Of a DNA stretch of 64,000 nucleotides, positions 17,939 to 27,525 are shown in pieces; the first letter of the stretch is position 1, and each line of letters begins with the position of its first letter. The notes below the pieces were generated by a model. It worked only from the letters and a program-made list of their open reading frames with translations, searched no databases and was not told where the DNA came from. The DNA comes from Clostridia bacterium. GTDB taxonomy: Bacteria > Bacillota > Clostridia > Monoglobales > Monoglobaceae. Location of the stretch: the NCBI GenBank assembly GCA_045647905.1, contig JAZRMZ010000014.1, forward strand, positions 8,303-72,302, given 5' to 3'. A program made the position numbers and the translations under genes.

Positions 17939-18640
17939 ATGGGCAAATTGGTTTTTATTGTTGATGATGAAAAGAATATTTGTGAGCTGATACGGTTATA
18001 TGTTGAAAAAGAGGGGTTTTCAACCTGCATAGCATATGACGGAGAATCGGCTGTGGAAAAATTCAATGAATACAAGCCTGATATTGTTTTGCTTGATATA
18101 ATGCTTCCAAAAAAGGACGGCTGGCAGGTTTGCCGTGAAATTCGTGCAATTTCGGACACGCCCATAATTATGCTCACGGCAAAGGGCGAATTATTTGACA
18201 AGGTTCTGGGATTGGAGCTTGGGGCGGATGATTATATTGTGAAGCCCTTTGAACCAAAGGAGCTTATTGCCAGAGTTAAGGCAGTTCTGAGGAGAACCGG
18301 CAGCAATGTTGGTGACGGAAACAGCACCAAGGAGCTTTGTTTTGACGGCATAAGAATAAATCATGACACTTATGAGGTTTATCTGGGGGACACCCTTCTG
18401 GAGATGCCGCCAAAGGAATTTGAACTTTTGTACTTTCTTGCCAGCAACAAGAACAGGGTTTTTACGAGAGATCAGCTGCTTAATGAAATATGGGGCTATG
18501 AATTTTACGGGGATTCAAGAACCATTGATGTGCATATAAAGCGTATACGCGAGAAAATTGAAGCCGGAAAAGGTGAAAATTCAACATGGCAACTGAAAAC
18601 AATCTGGGGTGTTGGATATAAATTTGAGGTTAAGGCATAA
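17939..18640 (+). CDS. OmpR/PhoB-family response regulator
   Basis: Receiver domain (DDEKNI...DIVLLDIMLP..DG) and winged-helix C-terminus (TVWGVGYKF-like IWGVGYKFE). Confidence 0.9.
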   Translation: MGKLVFIVDDEKNICELIRLYVEKEGFSTCIAYDGESAVEKFNEYKPDIVLLDIMLPKKDGWQVCREIRAISDTPIIMLTAKGELFDKVLGLELGADDYIVKPFEPKELIARVKAVLRRTGSNVGDGNSTKELCFDGIRINHDTYEVYLGDTLLEMPPKEFELLYFLASNKNRVFTRDQLLNEIWGYEFYGDSRTIDVHIKRIREKIEAGKGENSTWQLKTIWGVGYKFEVKA

Positions 18641-18660
18641 TAAGAAAGTGGAGATTTTCT

Positions 18661-20088
18661 ATGAGAAAAACAATATTTGCAAAAGTCTTTCTGAATAATA
18701 TAATTATAATTACGGTCAGCTTGTTTGTTCTAACCATTTCGGGAGGCTGGGTTTTGTCGGAATCCCTTGACAGCGAGAGGGACTCCACAGTTGAGGAAAG
18801 TGCTCATGCCATTCAGAAATTTCTCGAAAGCGGCATACCGCCACGCCAGGTGGAGGATTTTTTGTACGGAATATCCCAGAGCAGTAATAAAAATATTTTG
18901 CTTGTTAACACTAAGGGAGAGATAATGCTTGCTTCCGTTAATGAGCAATTATATAACAAGGGTGTTCAAATTGTGCCACGAAAAGAGTGCGGCAATGTGT
19001 TTGAGGGGTTGACGGTCAAGAGTGAAGGGACCCTTGGGGGCGTATACAAAAAACGAATGATAACATATCAGTACCCTTATGTTTCAAGGCAGACAAATCA
19101 AATAACCGGTGCGATTATTATCAGTATGCCTGCGCATCTTGTTGAAGAATCTCAGGCGAGGTTGTTTGGGATGATGATTCTGACGGTTGGGCTTGTTGTT
19201 TGTCTTGCCCTGGTGCTTTCATATATACTTTCACGAAAAATTTCAAGACCGATACATAAAATCGGTGTTTCGGTCAGGAACTTTGCCAAGGGGGATTTGT
19301 CCAGCAGGGTTGCAATATCGGACAAAGACAGCAACATCACTGAAATACAGGAGCTGGCAAACACCTTCAATGATATGGCTTTTCATACCGAAAAGGCAGA
19401 GGAAATCCGCAAAAGCTTTATTTCGGATGTTTCCCATGAGTTGCGCACGCCCATGACCACAATCGGCGGTTTTGTTGACGGCATTATGGACGGAACAATT
19501 CCTGCGGAAAGACACAACGATTATCTTGCCATTGTCAAGGAGGAAGTGACAAGGCTCGCGGCTTTGGTGAATTCGTTTCTGGACGTGACACGCAATGATA
19601 ATGCAAAGAAAAGTCTTGAAATTTCAAATTTTGACATCAATGAGGTTGTACGGCGAACCGTTATTAATCTTGAAAGCGAAATAATCAAAAAGGAAATCCT
19701 TGTTGATATTGTTTTTGAAATTGACCCGTGTTATGTTAAGGCGGACAAGAATCTTATCCGCAGTGTTATGAGCAATCTTCTTGAAAATGCGGTTAAATTC
19801 ACCAATCAAAAGGGAAATATAAGAATTACACAGAAGATTTATCAGCATGAAGTTTTTGTTTCGGTTCACAATACGGGATGCGGTATTGCCGAGGAGGATA
19901 AACCCTTTGTTTTTGAAAGATTTTACAAGGCGGACAAGTCACGCTCTGTTAACCGTCAGGGTACAGGGATTGGTTTATATCTTGTCAAGGATGTTCTCAG
20001 CAGACATGGAAAGACAATTACGCTTCAGAGTGAGGAAGGCAAATATGCCGAATTTACGTTTTCACTTGAACGGGGCAAGGAACTTTAA
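18661..20088 (+). CDS. Sensor histidine kinase (two TM segments, HAMP, HisKA, HATPase_c)
   Basis: H-box FISDVSHELRTPMTTI. N, G1 and G2 boxes (NLLENAVKF, HNTGCGI, GTGIGL). Confidence 0.9.
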   Translation: MRKTIFAKVFLNNIIIITVSLFVLTISGGWVLSESLDSERDSTVEESAHAIQKFLESGIPPRQVEDFLYGISQSSNKNILLVNTKGEIMLASVNEQLYNKGVQIVPRKECGNVFEGLTVKSEGTLGGVYKKRMITYQYPYVSRQTNQITGAIIISMPAHLVEESQARLFGMMILTVGLVVCLALVLSYILSRKISRPIHKIGVSVRNFAKGDLSSRVAISDKDSNITEIQELANTFNDMAFHTEKAEEIRKSFISDVSHELRTPMTTIGGFVDGIMDGTIPAERHNDYLAIVKEEVTRLAALVNSFLDVTRNDNAKKSLEISNFDINEVVRRTVINLESEIIKKEILVDIVFEIDPCYVKADKNLIRSVMSNLLENAVKFTNQKGNIRITQKIYQHEVFVSVHNTGCGIAEEDKPFVFERFYKADKSRSVNRQGTGIGLYLVKDVLSRHGKTITLQSEEGKYAEFTFSLERGKEL

Positions 20089-20177
20089 AGATTAAAAAGA
20101 TTTTTAAATTTTATTCATAAATTCTTCATATATACTTGTTATATTGTAGTTAAATAAAGTTTTTATTATGAAAGGAC

Positions 20178-21644
20178 GTGCTTTGTGTGAATACTTTTGA
20201 TGATAATAGATTTCAAAATGGTGAACCGGAGTATAAACCGGAAGATAATTTTTCGGATGTACCTGAAATAAATGAAGCGCCTGAGGTGAAGCCTGCTTAC
20301 ACCCAGTGGGAAACTTCATCGTATATCAGAGAATATTCGGCGGGTTCGGAGGATACTGAGCCGGTGCAGGAGATTTATGAACCGGTATACACTGAATCAT
20401 CCGACACTTTTACAATTGATGCCGAAGAACCTGCTCCCGAATATAACGGGACTTTGATAAACGAAACCGTAAAGAAAAAAGGATTTAAGAAATATGTTGC
20501 GGTTATTGTTGCGGCAAGTGTTGTGAATGTTGCGGTTTTGGGCGGTATGTTTTTTGTGGGCTATAAGCTGGGAACAAAAAAGCTTGATTTGCCTCCGCAG
20601 GTTCAGGATGCGGCACAGAGTAAGGAAAATGTTCTGGGAATTCTCAGTGAGGATTCGAAAGACGAAAATACATCAGGAGCAAAAAAGACTGTTGTTCAGG
20701 GCGAGGAGCTTTCAACTGTTGAAATTTCCAAAAAGGTTGGCCCTGCAGTTGTGGGTATAACAAGCAAGGTTGAAAGCGCCGCGAGCTTTTTTGGCGGTGC
20801 GGCATATTCTGAAGGTACAGGGTCAGGTATTATTATTACAGGTGATGGTTATATTGTCACCAATCATCACGTTATCGAAGGAGCAACAGCTGTTTCGGTG
20901 ACATTGAACACAGGTTCAGAATATGAGGCAAAAGTGATTGGAACTGACTCTCGAACCGACCTCGCTGTTCTGAAAATCTCTCCTAATGAACAATTGACGG
21001 TTGCTGAACTGGGCGATTCGTCCGTTGTCGAGGTCGGCGAAAGGGCCATCGCAATCGGTAATCCTCTGGGAATGGAGTTCTTTGGAAGCACCACTCAGGG
21101 TATTATCAGTGCCAAGAACAGAACAATTACTGTTGACAATAAAACTATGAGTGTTTTGCAGACAGATGCTGCAATCAACGAAGGTAATTCGGGCGGTGCA
21201 CTGGTTAATGCATATGGCAAGGTTATAGGAATCAATGCTGTTAAGATTTCTTCGTCAACAGTTGAGGGTATGGGTTTTGCCATCCCCATTTCCGAGGCAA
21301 AGCCGATTCTTACTGATTTGATTGAACACGGTTATGTTAAGGGCAGACCGGTGATTGGTATTTCAAGCCGTGATGTTACCGAATATATGGCACAGCGTCA
21401 GAACTGGCCCATGGGCGTTCAGGTTATGGAGGTTATGATTGGAACAGGTGCTGAAATTGCAGGTCTTCGTCAGGGCGACATCATAACCAAGGCTGACGGC
21501 AAAGAAATCAGAACGGTTGATGAGCTTAACAAGATTAAAAACGGTCACAAGCCGGGCGAATCATTGCAGCTTGAAGTTTATAAGTATGAAACAGGTTTGA
21601 AGACCAATGTTTCGGTCAGACTTGGTGAAGAACGACCCGAATAG
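20178..21644 (+). CDS. htrA: HtrA/DegP-family serine protease with C-terminal PDZ domain
   Basis: TNHHVI (His), DLAVLK (Asp) and GNSGGAL (Ser) triad motifs. TM anchor, long acidic N-terminal region, and a PDZ-like C-terminus. Confidence 0.9.
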   Translation: MLCVNTFDDNRFQNGEPEYKPEDNFSDVPEINEAPEVKPAYTQWETSSYIREYSAGSEDTEPVQEIYEPVYTESSDTFTIDAEEPAPEYNGTLINETVKKKGFKKYVAVIVAASVVNVAVLGGMFFVGYKLGTKKLDLPPQVQDAAQSKENVLGILSEDSKDENTSGAKKTVVQGEELSTVEISKKVGPAVVGITSKVESAASFFGGAAYSEGTGSGIIITGDGYIVTNHHVIEGATAVSVTLNTGSEYEAKVIGTDSRTDLAVLKISPNEQLTVAELGDSSVVEVGERAIAIGNPLGMEFFGSTTQGIISAKNRTITVDNKTMSVLQTDAAINEGNSGGALVNAYGKVIGINAVKISSSTVEGMGFAIPISEAKPILTDLIEHGYVKGRPVIGISSRDVTEYMAQRQNWPMGVQVMEVMIGTGAEIAGLRQGDIITKADGKEIRTVDELNKIKNGHKPGESLQLEVYKYETGLKTNVSVRLGEERPE

Positions 21645-21682
21645 TGTTTGGTGAACGATTAATAAAAAAGATTTTTTGACTG

Positions 21683-21727
21683 AGCTCAGGATGAACTTTT
21701 TGGTGTCATTCTGAGCCATAGGCAAAG
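21683..21727. repeat. Degenerate REP-like pair
   Basis: GCTCAGGATGAA ... GTCATTCTGAGCCATAGGCAAAG. Confidence 0.6.
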
Positions 21728-21740
21728 TTGAAACGGCGCA

Positions 21741-21775
21741 AAAAAAATAAGAGGCAACAGCCTCTTATTTTTTTG
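21741..21775. terminator. Bidirectional intrinsic terminator (htrA / nagA)
   Basis: AAAAAAATAAGAGGC-AACA-GCCTCTTATTTTTTT. Confidence 0.85.
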
Positions 21776-21780
21776 TGTTA

Positions 21781-22923
21781 TTATGCCTCAAATTTTGTTG
21801 TACCGCCGATGATTGTTTTCTGAACCTTGAATTCGTTGTCGGCAATTATGATGTCGGCATCCTTGCCGATGTCCAGCGAACCCTTTGTTTTTTCAATGCC
21901 GATTGTTGTTGCGGGGTTCAATGAAGCGCAGTTCACACATTCCCAGAGGGGAATTGATGAATTTGTGTATAGATTCCATACGCCTTTGCTGAGGGGAAGA
22001 ACACTTCCTGCAACGGTTCCGTCTTCAAGACGGCAAACAACGTCACGGTAAATGATTTTCTGGCCGCCCAGAGTATATTCTCCCATTGGCAAACCCCCTG
22101 CGGGCAGGCAGTCTGTTATGATACAGAGCTTGCGTTCCTTGAGCTTCCAGAGAATGTCATAGAACACAGGAAGAACGTGGAATGCATCGGCAATAAGTTC
22201 ACAGCTTGCTTCGGATTTGAGGGCTGCTGTTACGCAACCGGGAGCACGGTGGGCAAGGGGTGTCATTGCATTGAAAAGATGTGTTGCGTGAGAAACACCT
22301 GCCTGAGTTCCCTTCATTGCGGTGTCGTAATCTGCCGATGTGTGACCCATTGAAACAACAACATCGGTATCACGGCAGATTTCACGGATTGCCGCAAAAT
22401 CTTCGGTATCTTCCTCAGGAGCAAGGGTGATGATTTTGATTATGTCGGCATATTCCTTAACAAATGCCGCATCGGGCTTGAGTATGTATTTGGGGTCCTG
22501 CGCACCTTTTTTTGCCATACTGATGAAGGGACCTTCGGCGTGACAACCAAGGATGGCACTTCCGTCCCATGTTTTGCTTTCTTCCTTCAGGTCACGGCAA
22601 ACTTCAAGAGCTTTGCGGATTACCTTCATATCCTCGGTCATTGTGGTGGGAAGGTAGCCCGTTACACCATTTGCAAGAAGACCCTTTGAAATTGTGCGGA
22701 TGCTTTCTTCTTTACCGTCGCACACGTCCTTGCCAAGATAGCCGTGGATGTGAATGTCAATGAGACCGGGTGCAACGTAGCCGCCCTTTGCGTCAATTGT
22801 TTCAATATCGGCAGGGATTTGCTCAACAGGCAAAACGCCTTCTATTACGTTTGAATAAAGCAGGGCACAGTTTTCAACTATGCGGTCTTTGAGAATTATT
22901 TTTCCGTTTATTATTGCTTTCAT
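21781..22923 (-). CDS. nagA: N-acetylglucosamine-6-phosphate deacetylase
   Basis: GLIDIHIHG metal motif and overall NagA-like sequence. Start set to ATG 22923 (MKAIING) after GGAGG (track start 22938 lies inside the RBS). Confidence 0.85.
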   Translation of the reverse strand: MKAIINGKIILKDRIVENCALLYSNVIEGVLPVEQIPADIETIDAKGGYVAPGLIDIHIHGYLGKDVCDGKEESIRTISKGLLANGVTGYLPTTMTEDMKVIRKALEVCRDLKEESKTWDGSAILGCHAEGPFISMAKKGAQDPKYILKPDAAFVKEYADIIKIITLAPEEDTEDFAAIREICRDTDVVVSMGHTSADYDTAMKGTQAGVSHATHLFNAMTPLAHRAPGCVTAALKSEASCELIADAFHVLPVFYDILWKLKERKLCIITDCLPAGGLPMGEYTLGGQKIIYRDVVCRLEDGTVAGSVLPLSKGVWNLYTNSSIPLWECVNCASLNPATTIGIEKTKGSLDIGKDADIIIADNEFKVQKTIIGGTTKFEA

Positions 22924-23016
22924 CAGATTATCCTCCAATTTGTGATATTATGTTCATTCTATCAAATTGGTTTGTAAATGTAAAGACGTATCAATAAACA
23001 AAGTGACAAAAGTATA

Positions 23017-23053
23017 CAAAAAAGTGACTAATGTATAAGTTTATACATTAGTC
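23017..23053 (-). terminator. Intrinsic terminator overlapping the last codons of the phosphatase gene
   Basis: Minus strand: GACUAAUGUAUAA-AC-UUAUACAUUAGUC, then ACUUUUUUG. The 5' arm contains the stop codon. Confidence 0.6.
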
Positions 23054-23682
23054 GGACGGGGAGTTGCCAAAGATGCAAGGTGTTTGTCCATGCTGACCTT
23101 TGTGAATGTCCACTTCCCGTTATGGTATTCAAGTTCTGAGGCAGATGCATTTGTCACCCACGGGATATTCTTCATTTCATCAAGTGAACCTGACTGAACA
23201 ATGCTTTGGGTAACACGGATGGGGGTTGCGTGGGTTGCAATTACAACGGTTTTCCCGTCGTTTTCCTTTGCTATTTCGGTCAGAGCGGAAATGACACGTT
23301 CTGCAAGCTCGGCTATGGATTCGCCATCGGTGCATTTTGCCTTTCCGATGTCATTGAGCCATATGGAATAGTCATTTTTGTGGACTGTGGTTATTGTGTC
23401 AAAGGCTTCGCCTTCCCATTTGCCTGCATAGATTTCACGCAAGCTCTGTGTAGGGACAATTTCGACATTGAAAATATCTGAAATGCACTTTCCTGTTTCA
23501 AATGCTCTTGACAAATCGCTGGCATAGACCTTTGAGATGTTATAGTTTTCTTTCAGGTACTGTGCGGTCAGCTTTGCCTGCATGCTGCCAACTTCTGTCA
23601 GTTTTGCATCTGTGTGACCCGCAAAGCGGCATTCAAGGTTTGCATAGCTTTGACCGTGGCGAACAAGAATTAATGTGGTCAT
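23041..23682 (-). CDS. Histidine phosphatase family protein (phosphoglycerate mutase-like, GpmB/CobC type)
   Basis: LILVRHGQS catalytic RHG motif, and ATHATP near the C-terminal third. Confidence 0.8.
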   Translation of the reverse strand: MTTLILVRHGQSYANLECRFAGHTDAKLTEVGSMQAKLTAQYLKENYNISKVYASDLSRAFETGKCISDIFNVEIVPTQSLREIYAGKWEGEAFDTITTVHKNDYSIWLNDIGKAKCTDGESIAELAERVISALTEIAKENDGKTVVIATHATPIRVTQSIVQSGSLDEMKNIPWVTNASASELEYHNGKWTFTKVSMDKHLASLATPRPTNV

Positions 23683-23716
23683 TGTGATTCCTCCATAAGT
23701 GTTTTAGTTTAATAAA

Positions 23717-23846
23717 ATGGGGCTGTTGCATTAAGTAAAGGTATTGAGCAAATTAACAACAATGTCACCCTTCAACTTCGCCATACGGCTTCGCTCAGAA
23801 TGACAATCACGTTTTGTGCAACTTTACTTTAACGCAACTGCCCCAT
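23717..23846. repeat. 130-bp element bounded by ~24-bp imperfect inverted repeats and containing a REP-like unit
   Basis: ATGGGGCTGTTGCATTAAGTAAAG (23717-23740) versus CTTTACTTTAACGCAACTGCCCCAT (23822-23846). An internal ...CGCTCAGAATGAC unit lies at about 23790-23810. Confidence 0.7.
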
Positions 23847-23854
23847 CAAATGGA

Positions 23855-24760
23855 TTAGTCTTTCATTAGTGTAACAAGAACCGCTTTTTGTGCGTGGAGA
23901 CGGTTTTCTGCTTCGTCAAAGATTTCGTTGGCGTGAGCCTCAAAAACTTCAGCAGTGATTTCTTCTTCACGGTGTGCAGGCAGACAATGGAGAACCATTG
24001 CATCAGGCTTTGCGATGCTCATAAGTTTTGAGTTTATCTGATAACCTTCAAAGGTCTTTTTGCGTTCTGCAATTTCGGATTCCTGACCCATTGATGCCCA
24101 TACGTCTGTTACAAGGATGTCGGCATTCTTTGCGGCTTCCTCAACTGATTCGGTGCAGAGGAATTCGCCTGTTTCCGATGCCCACTTCATCAAATCGGCA
24201 TCCGGTTCGTAGCCCTTGGGGCAGGCAATTGCAAAGCTCATACCCATTTTGATTGCACCCACAAGCAATGAGTTTGCCATGTTGTTGCCGTCGCCGATGA
24301 AGCACATTTTCAGGTTTTTGAAGCTGCCCTTGTGTTCACGGATTGTCATAAGGTCGGCAAGAACCTGACAGGGGTGACAGTAATCGGTGAGACCGTTGAT
24401 GATGGGGATTGAACCGTACTTTGCCAAATCTTCAACTTCGCTTTGTGCAAAGGTGCGAATCATAATTCCGTCAAGATACCTTGAAAGAACTCTTGCTGTG
24501 TCCTGAACGGGTTCGCCTCTGCCGATTTGCAAATCGTTTGAGCTGAGAAACAGAGGATAGCCCCCAAGCTCGTGCATACCCACTTCAAATGATACACGGG
24601 TTCTTGTGGATGATTTTTCAAAAATCATACCAAGGGATTTTCCTTTGAGATATTCGTGGGGAATACCGTTTTTCTTTTCGTATTTGAGCTGGTCGGCAAG
24701 GTCAAGTATGCCGGTTATTTCTTCAGTGGTGAGGTCTGAAAGTTTTAATAAGTGTTTCAT
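23855..24760 (-). CDS. argF: Ornithine carbamoyltransferase
   Basis: SSTRTRVSFE, HPCQ and HCLPAH motifs. Confidence 0.9.
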   Translation of the reverse strand: MKHLLKLSDLTTEEITGILDLADQLKYEKKNGIPHEYLKGKSLGMIFEKSSTRTRVSFEVGMHELGGYPLFLSSNDLQIGRGEPVQDTARVLSRYLDGIMIRTFAQSEVEDLAKYGSIPIINGLTDYCHPCQVLADLMTIREHKGSFKNLKMCFIGDGNNMANSLLVGAIKMGMSFAIACPKGYEPDADLMKWASETGEFLCTESVEEAAKNADILVTDVWASMGQESEIAERKKTFEGYQINSKLMSIAKPDAMVLHCLPAHREEEITAEVFEAHANEIFDEAENRLHAQKAVLVTLMKD

Positions 24761-24802
24761 TTTTATTACTCCTTGTTTAAAGTGTACTTTTGATATTTCG
24801 GT

Positions 24803-24829
24803 GAGATTCTTCGCTACGCTCAGAATGAC
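24803..24829. repeat. Single REP-like unit
   Basis: GAGATTCTTCGCTACGCTCAGAATGAC, between argD and argF. Confidence 0.7.
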
Positions 24830-24836
24830 TATGAAG

Positions 24837-25997
24837 TTAAAGTGATTCGATTACCGATTTCAGTATTGCAATGCCTTTGTCCAGTTGGGCTTTTGTTATA
24901 TTGAGAGGGGGGAGGAGGCGAACCTTGTCCTTTGCCGTCAAAACAAGAAGACCCTTTTCAAGACATTTTTTGAGGATTACCTTTGCGTCTGCCTCGGTTT
25001 CAATTCCAATCATATAGCCCTTGCCGCAAACCGATTTAACGCCTTTGATTTTTTCGAGCTCTGACCAAAGATAAAGGCTGTTTTCCTCAACGGTTTTCAA
25101 AAATGCATCGTCAAGACGTGAGATTATGTTTACAGCACCTGCCGCCGCAATGGGGTTGCCGCCAAAGGTTGAACCGTGGCTTCCTGCAGGAAGAATGTCC
25201 TTCACTTTTTCGGAAAACAATGTTGCACCCATGGGCAAACCGCCTGCAAGACCTTTTGCCGTTGAAAAAATATCGGGCTTCAGTCCGTAATGCTCATGGG
25301 CATAGAGCTTGCCCGTTCTGCCGTTTCCGGTTTGAACCTCGTCAACCACAATGAGCATATCATTTTCATTTGCAATTTCAACAGCCGCATCAACAAATTC
25401 CTGAGTGAGAGGAAGAACGCCGCCCTCACCCTGAATAAGCTCGAACATAATTGCACAGCAGTTGGGGTTTGCAAGGGATTTCAAATCTTCGATGTTGTTT
25501 GCTTCGGCATAAACAAAGCCCTCGGTGAAGGGTGTGAAGTTTGTGTGGAAAACATCCTGACCCGTTGCTGACAAGGTTGTTATTGTTCTGCCGTGAAAGC
25601 TATTTTTCAATGTTATTATGACATTTTTTTGGGGATTTTTGTCGGTGCCGTATTTTCTTGCACCTTTGATTGCACATTCGTTTGCTTCTGCCCCTGAGTT
25701 CGAAAAGAATACTTTGCTCATTCCTGTTCTTGTGCAGAGCAACTCTGCAAGGTCGGAGCAGGGCTTGGTATAGTAATAATTTGATGTGTGCTGAAGGGTG
25801 TTCAGCTGTGTGGTTACAGCTTCAACCCATTCTTTGTCGCAGGCACCGAAGGTATTCACCGCAATGCCGCTTCCAAAGTCGATATATTCCTTGCCGTCAG
25901 CATCTGTCATGGTGCTTCCGCTTCCCGAAACAAGTGCAACGTCAAGTCTGCCATAGGTTGGCATTATGTAATTCTGGTCTTTCTCTTTTATATTCAT
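24837..25997 (-). CDS. argD: Acetylornithine aminotransferase (class III PLP aminotransferase)
   Basis: Class-III aminotransferase motifs (SGAEANE, VDEVQTGNGRTG, STAKGLAGG) within an arg operon. Confidence 0.9.
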   Translation of the reverse strand: MNIKEKDQNYIMPTYGRLDVALVSGSGSTMTDADGKEYIDFGSGIAVNTFGACDKEWVEAVTTQLNTLQHTSNYYYTKPCSDLAELLCTRTGMSKVFFSNSGAEANECAIKGARKYGTDKNPQKNVIITLKNSFHGRTITTLSATGQDVFHTNFTPFTEGFVYAEANNIEDLKSLANPNCCAIMFELIQGEGGVLPLTQEFVDAAVEIANENDMLIVVDEVQTGNGRTGKLYAHEHYGLKPDIFSTAKGLAGGLPMGATLFSEKVKDILPAGSHGSTFGGNPIAAAGAVNIISRLDDAFLKTVEENSLYLWSELEKIKGVKSVCGKGYMIGIETEADAKVILKKCLEKGLLVLTAKDKVRLLPPLNITKAQLDKGIAILKSVIESL

Positions 25998-26005
25998 TTT
26001 TTCAC

Positions 26006-26485
26006 CTAACTTACAACTTCTGATAACTTATTTACAAATTTTTCTGCATCGTGTTGGGAATTCATGGCGATGAAAACAGTATCATCACCTGCAATAACAC
26101 CCACAACACGGTCAAAATCAAGAGTTTCGATTGCCATTGCGCAGCCCTGCGCCGAACCGGGAATGGTTTTTACCACAACAAGATTCATTGCGTTCTGAAT
26201 TGTGATTACGGCATGGGTCAATACTGCTGCGTATCTTGCCTTGATGTCAACATCAGCTTCTCTGCCGGGGAGGGCATAACGGTATTTGTCGTCACGGTCG
26301 GATATTTTGATTAGTCTGAGCTCTTTTATGTCTCGTGAAACCGTTGCCTGAGTTACCTTGAAGCCCTCGGCAATCAGGGCATCTGTAAGCTGTCCCTGAG
26401 TTTCGATTGCGGCTTCGGAGATAAGGCGTATAATGGCATTGTGACGTGATTTTTTGCAGTCACGGGAAAAGTCTTTTTCCTGCAT
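26006..26485 (-). CDS. argR: Arginine repressor ArgR/AhrC
   Basis: Winged-helix N-terminus (QATVSRDIKELRL) and a C-terminal oligomerisation/arginine-binding domain (GDDT motif). Confidence 0.9.
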   Translation of the reverse strand: MQEKDFSRDCKKSRHNAIIRLISEAAIETQGQLTDALIAEGFKVTQATVSRDIKELRLIKISDRDDKYRYALPGREADVDIKARYAAVLTHAVITIQNAMNLVVVKTIPGSAQGCAMAIETLDFDRVVGVIAGDDTVFIAMNSQHDAEKFVNKLSEVVS

Positions 26486-26515
26486 TCAGTCACGCTCCTT
26501 TCTGTTTGAAGGGGT

Positions 26516-27385
26516 TCAGATTTCTTCGCCCTGAATGAACATTGTTCCGATTCCTTCGTCGGTTAATGTTTCAATCAGGATTGCGTGGGGCACACGGCCG
26601 TCAAGAATAAATACCTTGTGAACGCCCTGACGGATTGCGTCAATACAACATTCAATTTTGGGAATCATTCCGCCCGAAATAATGCCTTCGCTGATGAGTG
26701 CAGGAGCTTCGCTGACCTTCACTACGGGGATGAGAGTATTTTCGTCATCCTTGTCACGGAGAAGACCACGGATGTCGGTCATGGAAATGAGACTTTCGGC
26801 ATTGAGAACACCGGCAATTTTTGATGCGGCGGTGTCGGCATTGATGTTGTATACATTGCCCTCTGCATCACAGCCCACCGTGGCAATTACAGGGATATAG
26901 CCCTTTTCAAGGACGTCCAGTATGGGGGTGGGGTCAACGTTTGTGACATTTCCAACATAACCGTGAACGTCGTCAAGTTTTTCTGCCTGAATCATATGTC
27001 CGTCAAGACCGCAAAGACCAATTGCCTTGCCGCCTTTTGTCTGAATATGGTTCACAAGGCTTTTATTAATCTTGCCTGCAAGAACCATCTGAACAATGTC
27101 GATTGAATCCTTGTCGGTTACACGGAGTCCGTCAATAAATTCGGTTTTTGTACCTGTTTTTGCAAGCATTTCTGAAATTTCGGGACCGCCGCCGTGGATG
27201 AGGACAACCTTGATGCCGATAAGGGAAAGAAGGAGGATGTCGCCCATAACGGCTTCCTTCAGTTCTTCGTTGAGCATTGCGTTGCCGCCGTATTTGATAA
27301 CAACAATTTTGTTGTAGTATTTTTGAATATAGGGAAGAGCTTCAATGAGTATTTCAGCTCTGTCTGCAATTGGGAATTTGTTCAT
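26516..27385 (-). CDS. argB: Acetylglutamate kinase
   Basis: VIKYGGNAM, LIHGGGP and NINADTAA motifs. Confidence 0.9.
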   Translation of the reverse strand: MNKFPIADRAEILIEALPYIQKYYNKIVVIKYGGNAMLNEELKEAVMGDILLLSLIGIKVVLIHGGGPEISEMLAKTGTKTEFIDGLRVTDKDSIDIVQMVLAGKINKSLVNHIQTKGGKAIGLCGLDGHMIQAEKLDDVHGYVGNVTNVDPTPILDVLEKGYIPVIATVGCDAEGNVYNINADTAASKIAGVLNAESLISMTDIRGLLRDKDDENTLIPVVKVSEAPALISEGIISGGMIPKIECCIDAIRQGVHKVFILDGRVPHAILIETLTDEGIGTMFIQGEEI

Positions 27386-27525
27386 ACTTGAGTTTCCTTT
27401 CTATATAGCGATGAGTCAAAAGGTTGAAAAAGTTTGTTCAGATTGCCTCTTCGCAGGGAGTGGTGCTGTACTTTGTGTACTGCCCCGAGCAAGAAGAGGT
27501 GATATGGACAAGTTTTTCGGCTTTT

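Noticed and set aside
17939-21644. Two-component system plus HtrA protease considered as an unusual system.
   Set aside because: This is the well-known CssRS/HtrA-type secretion-stress arrangement. Nothing in the sequence departs from it.
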